Notes under the pieces: model-generated | Seen by the model: only the letters and a program-made list of their open reading frames with translations | Told to the model about the DNA's origin: nothing | Database searches by the model: none | Assembly (NCBI RefSeq): GCF_006345805.1 | Contig: NC_042998.1 | Location: 53,010,001 to 53,074,000, forward strand | Origin: Octopus sinensis | Taxonomy: Eukaryota | Length of the DNA: 64,000 nucleotides | Direction of reading: 5' to 3' | Translations under genes and position numbers: made by a program | In this document: positions 39,410-49,854 of the stretch, piece by piece | Layout: the number at the start of each line of letters is the position of its first letter | How positions within the stretch are numbered: position 1 is the first letter of the stretch

Positions 39410-39590
39410 TTTCCACTACACAAATTTTTTTTCTCTCCTTGTTTTTTTTCTGTGTATCTTTCTGTAGAGGAGCGTAGGCTCGAAACGTAAAAGACTTTTT
39501 CTATTCCTGAGCGCTATACTAATACATTTGTTTGTTTGTACAGCACCTGTCTTCATCTTTTGTTTATTTTCGTAAACTTTCCCTTTATAT
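39410..39590 (+). mobile_element. Penelope-like terminal-repeat fragment
   Basis: gagcgtaggctcgaaacgt hammerhead-type motif followed by an AT-rich tail abutting (TA)n. Confidence 0.55.
39457..39494 (+). ncRNA. Minimal hammerhead-like motif, core variant (A6 to U)
   Basis: TCTTT-CTGTAGA-G-GAGC gtag GCTC-GAAA-C-GTA^-AAAGA; 5-bp stem I, 4-bp stem II, palindromic ACGT stem III. Confidence 0.5.
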
Positions 39591-39605
39591 ATATCTCTCT
39601 CTTTT

Positions 39606-39816
39606 TTCTCTCTTTTTACTTGTTTCAGTCATTTGACTGCAGCCATGCTGGAGCACTGCCTTTTAGTCAAGCAAATCGACCCCGGGACTTATTCTTTGTA
39701 AGCCCAGTACTTATTCTATCGGTCTCTTTTGCCGAACCGCTAAGTGATGGGGAAGTAAACACACTAGCATCGGTTGTCAAGCAATGCTAGGGGGACAAAC
39801 ACAGACACACAAACAA

Positions 39817-39865
<49 letters not shown>

Positions 39866-40034
39866 TACGACAGACTTCTTTCAGTTTCCGTCTACCAAAT
39901 CCACTCACAAGGCATTGGTCGGCCCGGGGCTATAGCAGAAGACACTTGACCAAGATGCCACGCAGTGGGACCGAACCCGGAACCACGTGGCTGGTTAGCA
40001 AGCTACTTACCACACAGCCATTCCTGCGCCTATA
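39606..40034 (-). mobile_element. SINE family B, young copy
   Basis: CpGs retained; full length. Confidence 0.9.
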
Positions 40035-40401
40035 TCATCATCATCGTTTAACGTCCGTTCTCCATGCTAGCATGGGTTGGACGGTTCGACCGGGGATCTG
40101 GGAAGCCAGAAGGCTGCACCAGGCTCCAGTCTTATCTGGCAATGTTTCTACAGCTGGATGCCCTTCCTAACGCCAACCACTCCGTGAGTGTAGTGGATGC
40201 TTTTTACGTGCCACCTGCACAGGTGCCAGGCGAGGCTGACAACGGCCACGGTCGGATTGGTGTATTTATGTGCCACCAGCACGGAAGCCAGTCGAGGCGG
40301 CGCTGGCATTGACCACGAGTCGGATAGTGCTTTTTACGTACCCCCAGACCAGGGATACTGGCTGGTTCAATTCGATTTCGATTTCGCTTGCCCCAACATG
40401 T
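40035..40401 (-). mobile_element. RTE LINE 3' UTR insertion, 5'-truncated
   Basis: Reverse complement of 42200-42540; probable TSD ctatat at 40030-40035 and 40402-40407. Confidence 0.85.
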
Positions 40402-40402
40402 C

Positions 40403-40446
<44 letters not shown>

Positions 40447-40639
40447 GGGTGGGGATTTTGGTTATTGCACTTACAATCTTAAGTCCATATTACCAATAAT
40501 TACGGAATTCTCTCTGTGATAGATTAACTAAAGAAAGTGAGAAATTTTCTATTCATATCTACTACAGAATTAACCCTCCAAGAAAATAATAAATATAGAA
40601 GATTATTATTAGTTAATTTAAACAATAAATTTTTTATAC

Positions 40640-42540
40640 CATATATTCCTGGTAAGGCAGCTGCAGGAGAAATACCTAGCCAAGATAAGCCCCTGTACCT
40701 GGCTTTTGTTGACATGGAGAAAGCCTTCGACAGGGTCCCCCGATCCCTTATCTGGTGGGCAATGAGAAAACTAGGGATAGATGAATGGTTAGTGAGAGCT
40801 GTGCGGGCCATGTATAGGGACGCCGCTAGTAGGGTGAGGGTTGGAAATGAGTACAGTGAAGAATTCCGGGTAGAGGTAGGGGTCCACCAAGGCTCAGTAC
40901 TCAGCCCCCTCCTATTTATCATAGTCCTCCAGGCAATAACGGAGGAATTCAAGACAGGATGCCCTTGGGAGCTCCTCTATGCTGATGACCTTGCTCTAAT
41001 TGCTGAGTCGCTATCAGAACTGGAGGAGAAGTTTCAGGTGTGGAAACAAGGATTAGAATCGAAGGGCCTCAGAGTCAATCTAGCTAAAACCAAAGTCGTA
41101 ATCAGTAGGAAGGTAGACAAATCACAAACACCTTCAGGTAGATGGCCCTGCTCGATCTATAGAAAAGGTGTAGGTAGAAACTCTATAAGATGCACCAAGT
41201 GTAAGCTATGGACACATAAGAGATGCAGCAATGTCAAAGGAAGGCTAACTAGGAAGATGGTTTTTGTATGTGGCAGATGCTCAGGAACAATAAACACTGA
41301 AAATGCTCTGAGACCAACTTCCGTCACTTTCCAGGGAGAAAAACTAGAAATAGTTGATAGTTTCCGTTACCTAGGTGACCAAGTCAGCAGCGGGGGTGGG
41401 TGTGCTGAAAGTGTAACTGCTAGAGTAAGAATAGCTTGGGCAAAGTTCAGAGAGCTCTTACCTCTGCTGGTGACAAAAGGCCTCTCGCACAGAGTGAAAG
41501 GCAGACTGTATGATGCGTGTGTACGAACAGCCATGCTACATGGCAGTGAAACACGGGCCGTGACTGCTGAGGATATGCGTAAGCTCGCTAGAAATGAAGC
41601 CAGTGTGCTCCGATGGATGTGTAATGCCGGTACTCACACTCGGCAGAGTGTAAGTACCTTGAGAGAAAAGCTGGACCTAAGAAGCATCAGTTGTGGTGTG
41701 CAAGAGAGACGTTTGCGCTGGTATGGTCATGTGGCGAGAATGGATGAAGATAGTTGTGTGAAAAAGTGCCACACCCTAGCGGTTGAGGGAACCTGTGGAA
41801 GAGGCAGACCCAGGAAAACCTGGGACGAGGTGGTGAAGCACGACCTTCGAACTTTAGGTCTCACTGAGGAAATGACTAGAGACCGAGACCTCTGGAAGTG
41901 TGCTGTGCGCGAGAAGACCCGGCAGGACAAGTGAGTCCACAACCCGTGGCCTTCTACATGGGATGGAGCCAGCCTACGTATGCATACCTTCCCTTCTTGG
42001 GACACAAAACTCTACTTGTGAAGACGTGTTGAGGCAAGTGAGGATCAGAATCGAAATCATGGAAATTGCGGATGTGCTACCAGTGCCGGTGGCATGTCGA
42101 AACTCTGCTTGTGAAGACCCATTGAGGCAAGTGAGGATCAGAATCGAAATCGATCAATGGAAATCGATCAATGGAAATTGCAGATGTGTTACCAGTGCCG
42201 GTGGCATGTAAGAGAACTTTCCGTTTCGCGACCGTTGCCAGCACCGCCCCGTTTCGTGTCCGTTGCCAGCCTCGCCTGGCCCTCGTGCCGGTGGCACATA
42301 AAAAGCACCATCCGTTCGTGGCCGTTTGCCAGCTCTGTCTGGCACCAGTGCGGGTGGCACGTAAAAAGCACCCACTACACTCACGGAGTGGTTGGCGTTA
42401 GGAAGGGCATCCAGCCGTAGAAACACTGCCAGATTTGACTGGGCCTGATGAAGCCTTCTGGCTTCACAGACCCCAGTAGAACCGTCCAACCCATGCTAGC
42501 ATGGAAAACGGACGCTAAATGATGATGATGATGATGATGA
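40640..42540 (+). mobile_element. Young 5'-truncated RTE-clade LINE
   Basis: RT motifs (FLVRQLQEKY, LAFVDMEKAFDRVPR, VGVHQGSVLSPLLF, LLYADDLAL, FRYLG, RRLRWYGHV, GRGRPRKTW), repetitive 3' UTR, (GAT)n tail; no TSD found. Confidence 0.95.
40684..41934 (+). CDS. Reverse transcriptase and C-terminus of the RTE LINE ORF (5'-truncated, open frame)
   Basis: Homologous part of listed ORF 40537..41934; a 1-nt frameshift at ~40680 separates it from upstream IFLVRQLQEKYLA. Confidence 0.9.
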   Translation, partial: DKPLYLAFVDMEKAFDRVPRSLIWWAMRKLGIDEWLVRAVRAMYRDAASRVRVGNEYSEEFRVEVGVHQGSVLSPLLFIIVLQAITEEFKTGCPWELLYADDLALIAESLSELEEKFQVWKQGLESKGLRVNLAKTKVVISRKVDKSQTPSGRWPCSIYRKGVGRNSIRCTKCKLWTHKRCSNVKGRLTRKMVFVCGRCSGTINTENALRPTSVTFQGEKLEIVDSFRYLGDQVSSGGGCAESVTARVRIAWAKFRELLPLLVTKGLSHRVKGRLYDACVRTAMLHGSETRAVTAEDMRKLARNEASVLRWMCNAGTHTRQSVSTLREKLDLRSISCGVQERRLRWYGHVARMDEDSCVKKCHTLAVEGTCGRGRPRKTWDEVVKHDLRTLGLTEEMTRDRDLWKCAVREKTRQDK

Positions 42541-43323
42541 ATTCAAATAGATAAAAGAGTGGTATTGAAGATGTAATTGTTTACATATTTTTTGTCGCTG
42601 TTACACATAGAAGACTTAGATAATTATATACATTTATATGCACACATATATTATTATTGTATGTTGTGATGACAAGAGACTATCTTGGACATCAAAGGGT
42701 TTCAATTAGTATGTATTTGAGGTATAATGAAGTGAATTTCAATGGTTGTGAATTGCACTTCCTTGATTTTATCGTCTGTTAAAGTGCTTTTGTTGTTTTT
42801 TAATTGTAACTGATGTAAGACCAAATAATTAGCACTCATACTCATAAAACTCATGATTAATTTTTGCAATCCAGCTGTCCTTTCACACAGAATTTCATTT
42901 TTCTGAACCAAGGACCCTAAAGTGACTATATATATATATATAATGGAACTGTGATTATACATATATCAGAGAAAATATATATAAGTTGAAACAATTTGTT
43001 GGCCTTTTACGGTTTTTATTGTTAGTTATATAATATTATGTTATGTTATGTATTATATTCATAGTATTTAACATAATATTGTAATGTAAATAAATTATTG
43101 GATTGTCAATAGAATATCTTTATATTTAATTTATCTTTATTATTGAATTATACCAATATTTATATGGTATCCAACTGAAGGGTGAAGCACCAGTGAAATG
43201 GATGCTTAACACACCCCTTTGAAGGATTTCTTTTCCCCAGTTTGTTACTTTATATATATGTGTGTGTGTTAAATAAAATGAGACAACAAAGCCATTTATA
43301 GGATATTTATAAAGAGAAAGGTA

Positions 43324-43371
43324 GTCTTACAGCTGTTTCTGGGATATTAAAGATATCCCTTCATCAGAGAC
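43324..43371 (-). ncRNA. Type I hammerhead ribozyme, complete core
   Basis: Minus strand: GTCT-CTGATGA-A-GGGATAT cttta ATATCCC-A-GAAA-C agct G-TA^-AGAC; GUA cleavage triplet, cut between 43328 and 43327. Confidence 0.75.
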
Positions 43372-43630
43372 GATAAGAAAGAGTTAACTAGAGGGAAATA
43401 GTAGAGTTCAATATTCCTGTGGGAATCTACATATCATGGACAAGAAGCATTTCTACCCATTCTACACAGCACTTTCCTTGGATAATGGGATTGTAACTGT
43501 AACATCCTACATATATTTTTATTTTATTTTTATTCTGTTATTTCTCTTTATACTTCTTATATCCATCCTTTCCCAAAATAACTCCTTATACTGAACTCTA
43601 CTATTCCCCTCTAGTTCACTCTCTCATATC

Positions 43631-43678
43631 ATCTCTGATGAAGGGATATCCCTAATATTCCAGTAACAGCTGTAAGAC
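43631..43678 (+). ncRNA. Hammerhead copy with mutated core (GAAA to GTAA)
   Basis: ATCT-CTGATGA-A-GGGATAT cccta ATATTCC-A-GTAA-CAGCTGTA-AGAC. Confidence 0.6.
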
Positions 43679-45104
43679 TAACCTTCTCTTTGTAAATGTC
43701 CTATAAATTCCACATAGCCTCGGCTTTGTTGTCTCATTTTATTTAACATACACATGCTCACACAAGACCCATATTAGACTCTTCATATTATTATCAAACT
43801 GAGAGTCTAACTACAGTCCTCCCATAGCCCTTAGCCGCACCTGCCATCTTGAGTCTTCTGGATACCAATACCTCTCATATATAGATATATATATAATAAT
43901 AATAATATCAATAATGCTTGGATGGCATACATAAACATTTAATGTATCACTATATATGTACATACACACACATATGCACAAATATGCACAGATACCTTTT
44001 ATAAATCAACAGAAATTAAAGAGTGACTCAAGGGCTGAGAGTTTCGTGCATTTGTACTTAGTAATATAGGTTTGCACCCCAAAAATTTATATATAGATAC
44101 ACACACAATATATATATGAAAACCATCCCATGTAAGCAGAGTTATACATAAAGGAGAGGAAGAGAATGGTATATGTATGCATGTGTCTATATAAACACAA
44201 AAGAAGAAAGGAAACAAAAATGATTTGAGACATATGATGAGTCAAAATTGCATCTCCTATTTACCGCTTCAGCATATTACCATATTGTTAAGTGGATTGA
44301 ACAATATTTAATGCTTGGGACATTAAACAGCTAAAGTAGAACTGAATGTGCAGAGGAAGAGGAATAATATTAGCTGATGGTTAATATTTTTCCTTTTATT
44401 TATATATTTATAAATTTATTATTTTTTGGTAAGTGCAGAAGATAACTTTAGACATGTTTAAGCTTTATTGGGCAGCCTCAAAGTCCAACCTTGCCATCAC
44501 TTGCTGAAATATTGGCAATAACCAGTTAAGTAAATATATATAGAAATTTATATTTATTGATGTAGAGGAAAAGAATTGTTTGAGAATTAAATAATTCTGA
44601 GAACCATCTTCATAAAATATAATAGCTAAGTAGGTAAAAGCATATTATATTACCATTAAGCTACTGGTATTCTCTTTAAGTTTACGTTCATGTGATTGGT
44701 TGGTTGGTTGGTTGGCTGGGTAGTTAGTATCATCCCATTTTCTTTACTTAGTAGATGCTGCATTTTTAAATTGCAAGCAATTATTTGATAGCAAAATTGT
44801 TTATGCCTTATGTTCAAGATGAAAGAGCAAAGGTGCATCATCAATCAATTCACTTGATACGTAAGGAAAAAGAAATTCAACAAACATCATAAAGTTTACA
44901 GTACCTGAATCTGAGGATTTATTTATGTGGTCAGTTTCTTTAAACAATATTATCATTTTATTAATGTCCACTTTTTCTAAGCTAGCATAAGTCAGAGGAA
45001 ACTTAGTGAAGGAGTTTCTCTACAGATGCATGCCTTACCTACCACCAACTTCCAGTGGTTCCCAAGCAAGACTTCCCTTAGTTCTTCAAACATATTTCAC
45101 AAGG

Positions 45105-45295
45105 GGATTCAGTGTGACACAGAATGCGACAAGGCTGGCACTTTAAATTACAGGTATGACTAATTGTTGCCAACTGAGTGTACTAGAGCAATGTGAAATA
45201 TAGCTCTTTGCTCAAAGACACAATATGCCACCAGGAATTGAACTCATGCCCTTATGATCATGACCCAAATACCCTAACCACTAAACCACCAACCT
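45105..45295 (-). mobile_element. tRNA-derived SINE (family D/F-like)
   Basis: Plus reads ggaattgaactc...ccctaaccactaaacc. Confidence 0.7.
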
Positions 45296-45659
45296 TCAAC
45301 TCATTGAACTACTAATTATATAGTGTGGTAAACAGTCTTTGCATGCAAACTTGTTTTAATTCCCTGTTGAGATAATATCCTTTCATTAACATATCTTTAT
45401 GAACATCACAAAGTTCTCATTTTTTCTTCAATAAAAATTCCTAAGTTAATTACCATCTTGCACACACAACAAATAATTGAAAACAAAAATCTTACAACAA
45501 AAATTTTAAGTAATTTCTATAACAGTATCACATTTCAAGCAAAATACTCAATATCAAAACTGTTCCTTAGTATAACTTTACTTCAATCTTCATGTTAAAC
45601 AGCAAAAGAAATTCTACCAAAAGAAAAGAGATATTTCTTCCACTACTAACCATCATCCT

Positions 45660-46010
45660 CATCATCATTGTGGTCAGTTTAACAGCCACTTTTTCCAGGT
45701 TTACAAGTGTCAGACAGAGTTTACTGAGGCAGATTTTCTATAGCCTGATGCTTTTCTAATCACCAACCCACACTTGTTTACCAGCTAGCCATGGCTAGAC
45801 ATTTTTTTACAGAATATTGAAAATAACATTCATTTACAACTTTACACGATGTCAAACACACATACTCACACACACACTTTTTTCCTTTTTCATCAAATAA
45901 ATCAGGGTCACAGGGCTTTGATTCATTTGGCCTAAGTTGCCACACAGGGGTGCTGAACTTGAAATCATGTGGTTGAGAAGCAAACTTCTTAACCTCGCAG
46001 CCACACACGC
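45660..46010 (-). mobile_element. Degenerate RTE 3' fragment plus SINE family B head
   Basis: (cat)n...tttaacagccac...; cttcttaacctcgcagccacac. Confidence 0.55.
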
Positions 46011-48619
46011 CTACTTACAAATATTACAACTCTAAGCACTGAAACATTTCATGGTAAATATAGGACAACAGATTATATCTCCCCAAGGTATCTTAGAAGA
46101 GATTACTGTTAAAATTAAAGTGAATATTCATTCAATCAGAACTGGTCACCAGGTATTACTGCTAAACCATCAGGTAAAAAGGAAAAGAAATAGCAGAAAA
46201 GAGGCCTGTATCAACTCCTTTGCTTAGGTGGGTGGTTGAGAAAAAAAAATTCTTTTAAACTAGCTTAAATAGGCTTCATTTTGAAATGTTTCCAGGACAG
46301 TTGATACATGTGTAACCACTTTACTTCAAGGTCTTGCTTGATGAGGCTGGGGTCATGCCAGGTTAGTGGTTCCAGAGATATTGTCATGCATAGTTCCAGC
46401 CCCTTTGTATCCTGACATGTGTAACCAGAACTGGATTGTCCAACGCATATGAATGCTGGTGATAATGTTTATGTTCTGCTAAGCTGCACATATCACTGTC
46501 TTTTGTTTGTGTGTTTATATGAGAATTCCGATCAAAGTTCAACCACAAGTCAAGTTTACATTAAAAGACTTAAAACTGGTACCTGGATATTATGAAGGTT
46601 TACATGAGTCCGCAACAAGTATCATGACTATAGGCACACATTTAATCAGGAAGAGGTGACCATGTCAGAATAGTAGAGAACAGGAATGACTGTTACATAT
46701 GTCACAATTAACAGGTAAACAAGAACAAGATATGTGCTTTGAGTTGTTTTTCTTTTGCTGGAAAATGTACACATCTTTTACAAAACAGGGAGGAAAGAAA
46801 GCAGATTCCACAAATATTTATGTGGCCTCAACGACTGATATTGTTAGTGGACAATTATTATTAATAATCAGAATATTATTGTTATTGTTGTTGTTTAGTT
46901 CCAGGACAACCCTGATATAACAAGCCTAGGACAAGGGACACTCCAGCAATAACAATTCTGTTATTTTTTATATCAAGGTTACCTTCCATTTTAAGAAAGT
47001 AGGATATGATTAGATGGAAACATGGCTGCTATTTCTTACAGATCAAATAACCACATAGAGGCTTCCTCAAGGGTTTCAGAGGGAAAAAACATTAGCCTTA
47101 CAGGTAAACAAAAAACAGGTAGTTATTAATCAAGAAATTAAAGAGGTATTTTGAAAATGAGAGGTTAAAATTTGTTTACTGAGAAAGGATTAAATCTTAG
47201 GGATTAGTTCCCTAAATAATTCCCCAAAAGTATATTTTAACCAGAACTTTTGAAGGATATCTTTTTAGGGGTAATATAAAGTATCTTTCATTTCAATGTA
47301 CATTCTGTTTTATGTTGTTTTTTTTTTAATCTTTTAGTAAGAAGGGAAGTCACTGCCTCCCCTATGATTCTTTAGAGGGTCTCTGAGACTGATAAGAGAA
47401 AGGGAGACTAGTGAGAGGAAGACCTGGCATAAATGCTTGCAGCAGAATGGATCTCATTAAAAGAACCTAAGGTGTCAGGTGGTGGTCTTAAGCTGGTGAG
47501 AAACTGAGTCTGCCACCCAAGCAAGTGTTGTAAGGTTTAAACTGAGAATTTAAAGAGTTAGAACAAATACTGGAAGGCAGCCAGTTTCACATGCTTAGTT
47601 CAGTTTATCTACAAGTCTGAATAGATACATATTTCTATCAAACCTAGTAAGATGAAAGACAAAGTTGACTTCAGAGGGATTTGAACTCAGAGCACACAAA
47701 ATTGGAGCTAATACTGTGAGATGCTTTGTCTGATGCTCTGACAACTAACAGTTTTTGTGTTGGGTAGAACAGTAGATAATCAGTAAATCTAGGTTTTTGA
47801 AATCCATATTGAATGCCAGATAAGTTTTGGCTGTACAGACTTATGAGTAAAATTGCTTTTATCTTATCCTATTGAGCATTATGTATCTGAGACTACCTAT
47901 CCAAATGTAACCCTTTCTTTTTCAAGGTGATAGGATGTAATTTAGATAAGATTTGAATGCTATTTCTAACAGACTGAATGATTGTATAAAACACCACTCC
48001 ACACCAAGCTAAGAATAGCCAAAGTTGCAGATGTTACAGTGAGAAGATGTGCCAGTAAGATGATGTTATATTAAGATAATGTTACGGTAAAATGATGTTA
48101 CAGTGAGATGGTATTGTACTGAGATGTCATGCTGAGATAATGCTATGGGGAAACGATGCTTTGTTGAAATATTATCTAGATTTGCGGATTTGCTAATCTA
48201 ATTCCAGTGGGGAACACCTTAGGGGGTTAATTGATTGAAATATCTTTACTGAATTGATTACAGGTGGGTGGCCAATCAAGAAGGATAATTGTTTAAAATT
48301 TTATCTTTACTTGTGGATTTACTTTTCTGATTCCAAGGGACAAAAGCTGCGGGAGGATATGGAATACTATCTTTGGGAATTTATCGATCCAATTCCAGGG
48401 AAGCACGCAAACAGAGGGATAATTATTTGCAGTATCTTCACTTGTGGATTTATAGAACTTAAATGTCGATGAACTTATCAGGTGAGATAGAGCTATTTGA
48501 TTGCATTGAGAAGAGTTGCACATATGAAATGAATGAGGAATTTACTGACTGGTAGCCAGAAACTGTTGGTAATCATTAGGATTAAGTAAAGGAGAAAAAG
48601 AGACGTGACCAAAGTCTAA

Positions 48620-49056
48620 CTCATTATTCTGTCAAATGTAATTCTTAATTATTGACATTGTTTTTAATTAATTATGTATTATCTTGTAGCTTCAAGATTT
48701 TCATATGTTTGCTTATTTTTAGAAGGACATTGTAGGGTAGGTTTGAGAGGCTGGATTTGGCCTGTTTGAACGTAACAAGCAGAATATTTAAACCAGATAT
48801 GGCTGGCAGACATGTTAGCGCGCCGGGCGGAATGTTTAGCGGTATTTCGTCTGTCGTTACGTTCTGAGTTCAAATTCCGCCGAGGCCGACTTTGCCTTCC
48901 ATCCTTTCGGGGTTGATAAATAAAAGTACCAGTTTCGCACTGGGGTCGATGTAATCGACTTAATTCCTTTGTCTGTCCTTGTTTGTCCTCTCTATGTTTA
49001 GCCCCTTGTGGGCAATAAAGAAATAGATATGGCCAGGTTGAATACTAAAGGGTTAA
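48620..49056 (+). mobile_element. TTAA-CCC-ended MITE, split by a SINE
   Basis: Ends ctaaagggttaa; body matches 17591-17990. Confidence 0.75.
48804..49024 (+). mobile_element. SINE family A, young, 9-bp TSD
   Basis: TSD agatatggc at 48795-48803 and 49025-49033; CpGs intact. Confidence 0.9.
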
Positions 49057-49854
49057 AGAAATGTATTTAGCACTGAAATATGATGCATACCTATTATCAG
49101 AATAGAATGAAAACCTCACTTTTAAAAATTATGTCGCATTATAATTGTTATTGCTATTCTTTAACCCTGGTGAGTTCCGACTGACTTATGATCAAAGACA
49201 TTCCATCCATGACTATCCCATATTTTTGTTATATGCTGGATACCCTGGACTGTGTTATGTTCTTTTCTAAGATAGTATGGTTTGATATGAGGCAGATTTG
49301 GCTGCTAGATGATAACACAAAACTGGTTGTTTATTAAGGATTTTCCTAAAGAATGCTAAGAGGATTACAGACTGTGCTTGGCCATGTCAAGATCACCATA
49401 GCAACCTTTTCTTATGTAACACTGTGGAAGTGAATATGAATCTGTAATTAATCACTCAGACAGACAGAAATTTATTGTTATGATATAATGCCAAGTCATT
49501 ATGCATACAGGAGGGGGAAATATCAATATAATTAGTTTGTTCAACTGAATTTTCATATACTGCTTTCTCTGATAAGTTAATTGAAATAATTTTGTAATCT
49601 ACAATATCATCCAATACTGATAATGCAATGATAGCACCCACATATTTTGGTACAATCCAAGAAATATATTTTCTAAAATAGGTTAAACATTTTTTATGTG
49701 ACTTGAAGGTTAAGAAGAGAGGCACTAAGAAGAGAGAGATAGAGAGTGAGAGAGAGACTTCTTGGTCCTGTTCATTATTTCTTTTGAATTGCATCATGAT
49801 AAAAATAATAATGATAATAATAATAATAATAACAATAATAATAGTAATCATCAT

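Larger units (their letters stand above)
43261..43754. mobile_element. Inverted pair of Penelope-like terminal repeats
   Basis: Arms 43261-43413 and 43589-43754 are reverse complements (one indel of a dozen or so nt), spacer ~175 bp; each arm holds a hammerhead motif. Confidence 0.75.

Noticed and set aside
39784-40499. Overlapping 70-128 aa ORFs (also 42154-42489 and 49886-50339)
   Set aside because: They lie in SINE bodies or the GC-rich repetitive RTE 3' UTR; no domain is recognisable.
40537-40683. First 49 residues of the 465-aa ORF
   Set aside because: AT-rich flank in frame by chance; LINE homology begins at ~40640 in another frame.
42443-42470. CTGATGA-AGCC ttct GGCT in the RTE 3' UTR
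   Set aside because: No GAAA follows, and other copies read tggtgcagcc, so it is a chance substitution.
42702-42962. 86-aa minus-strand ORF with an acceptor-like site
   Set aside because: No recognisable domain; donor ambiguous.
44025-44070. Minus-strand ctaa-gtac aaat gcac-GAAAC
   Set aside because: Too degenerate to call a hammerhead relic.
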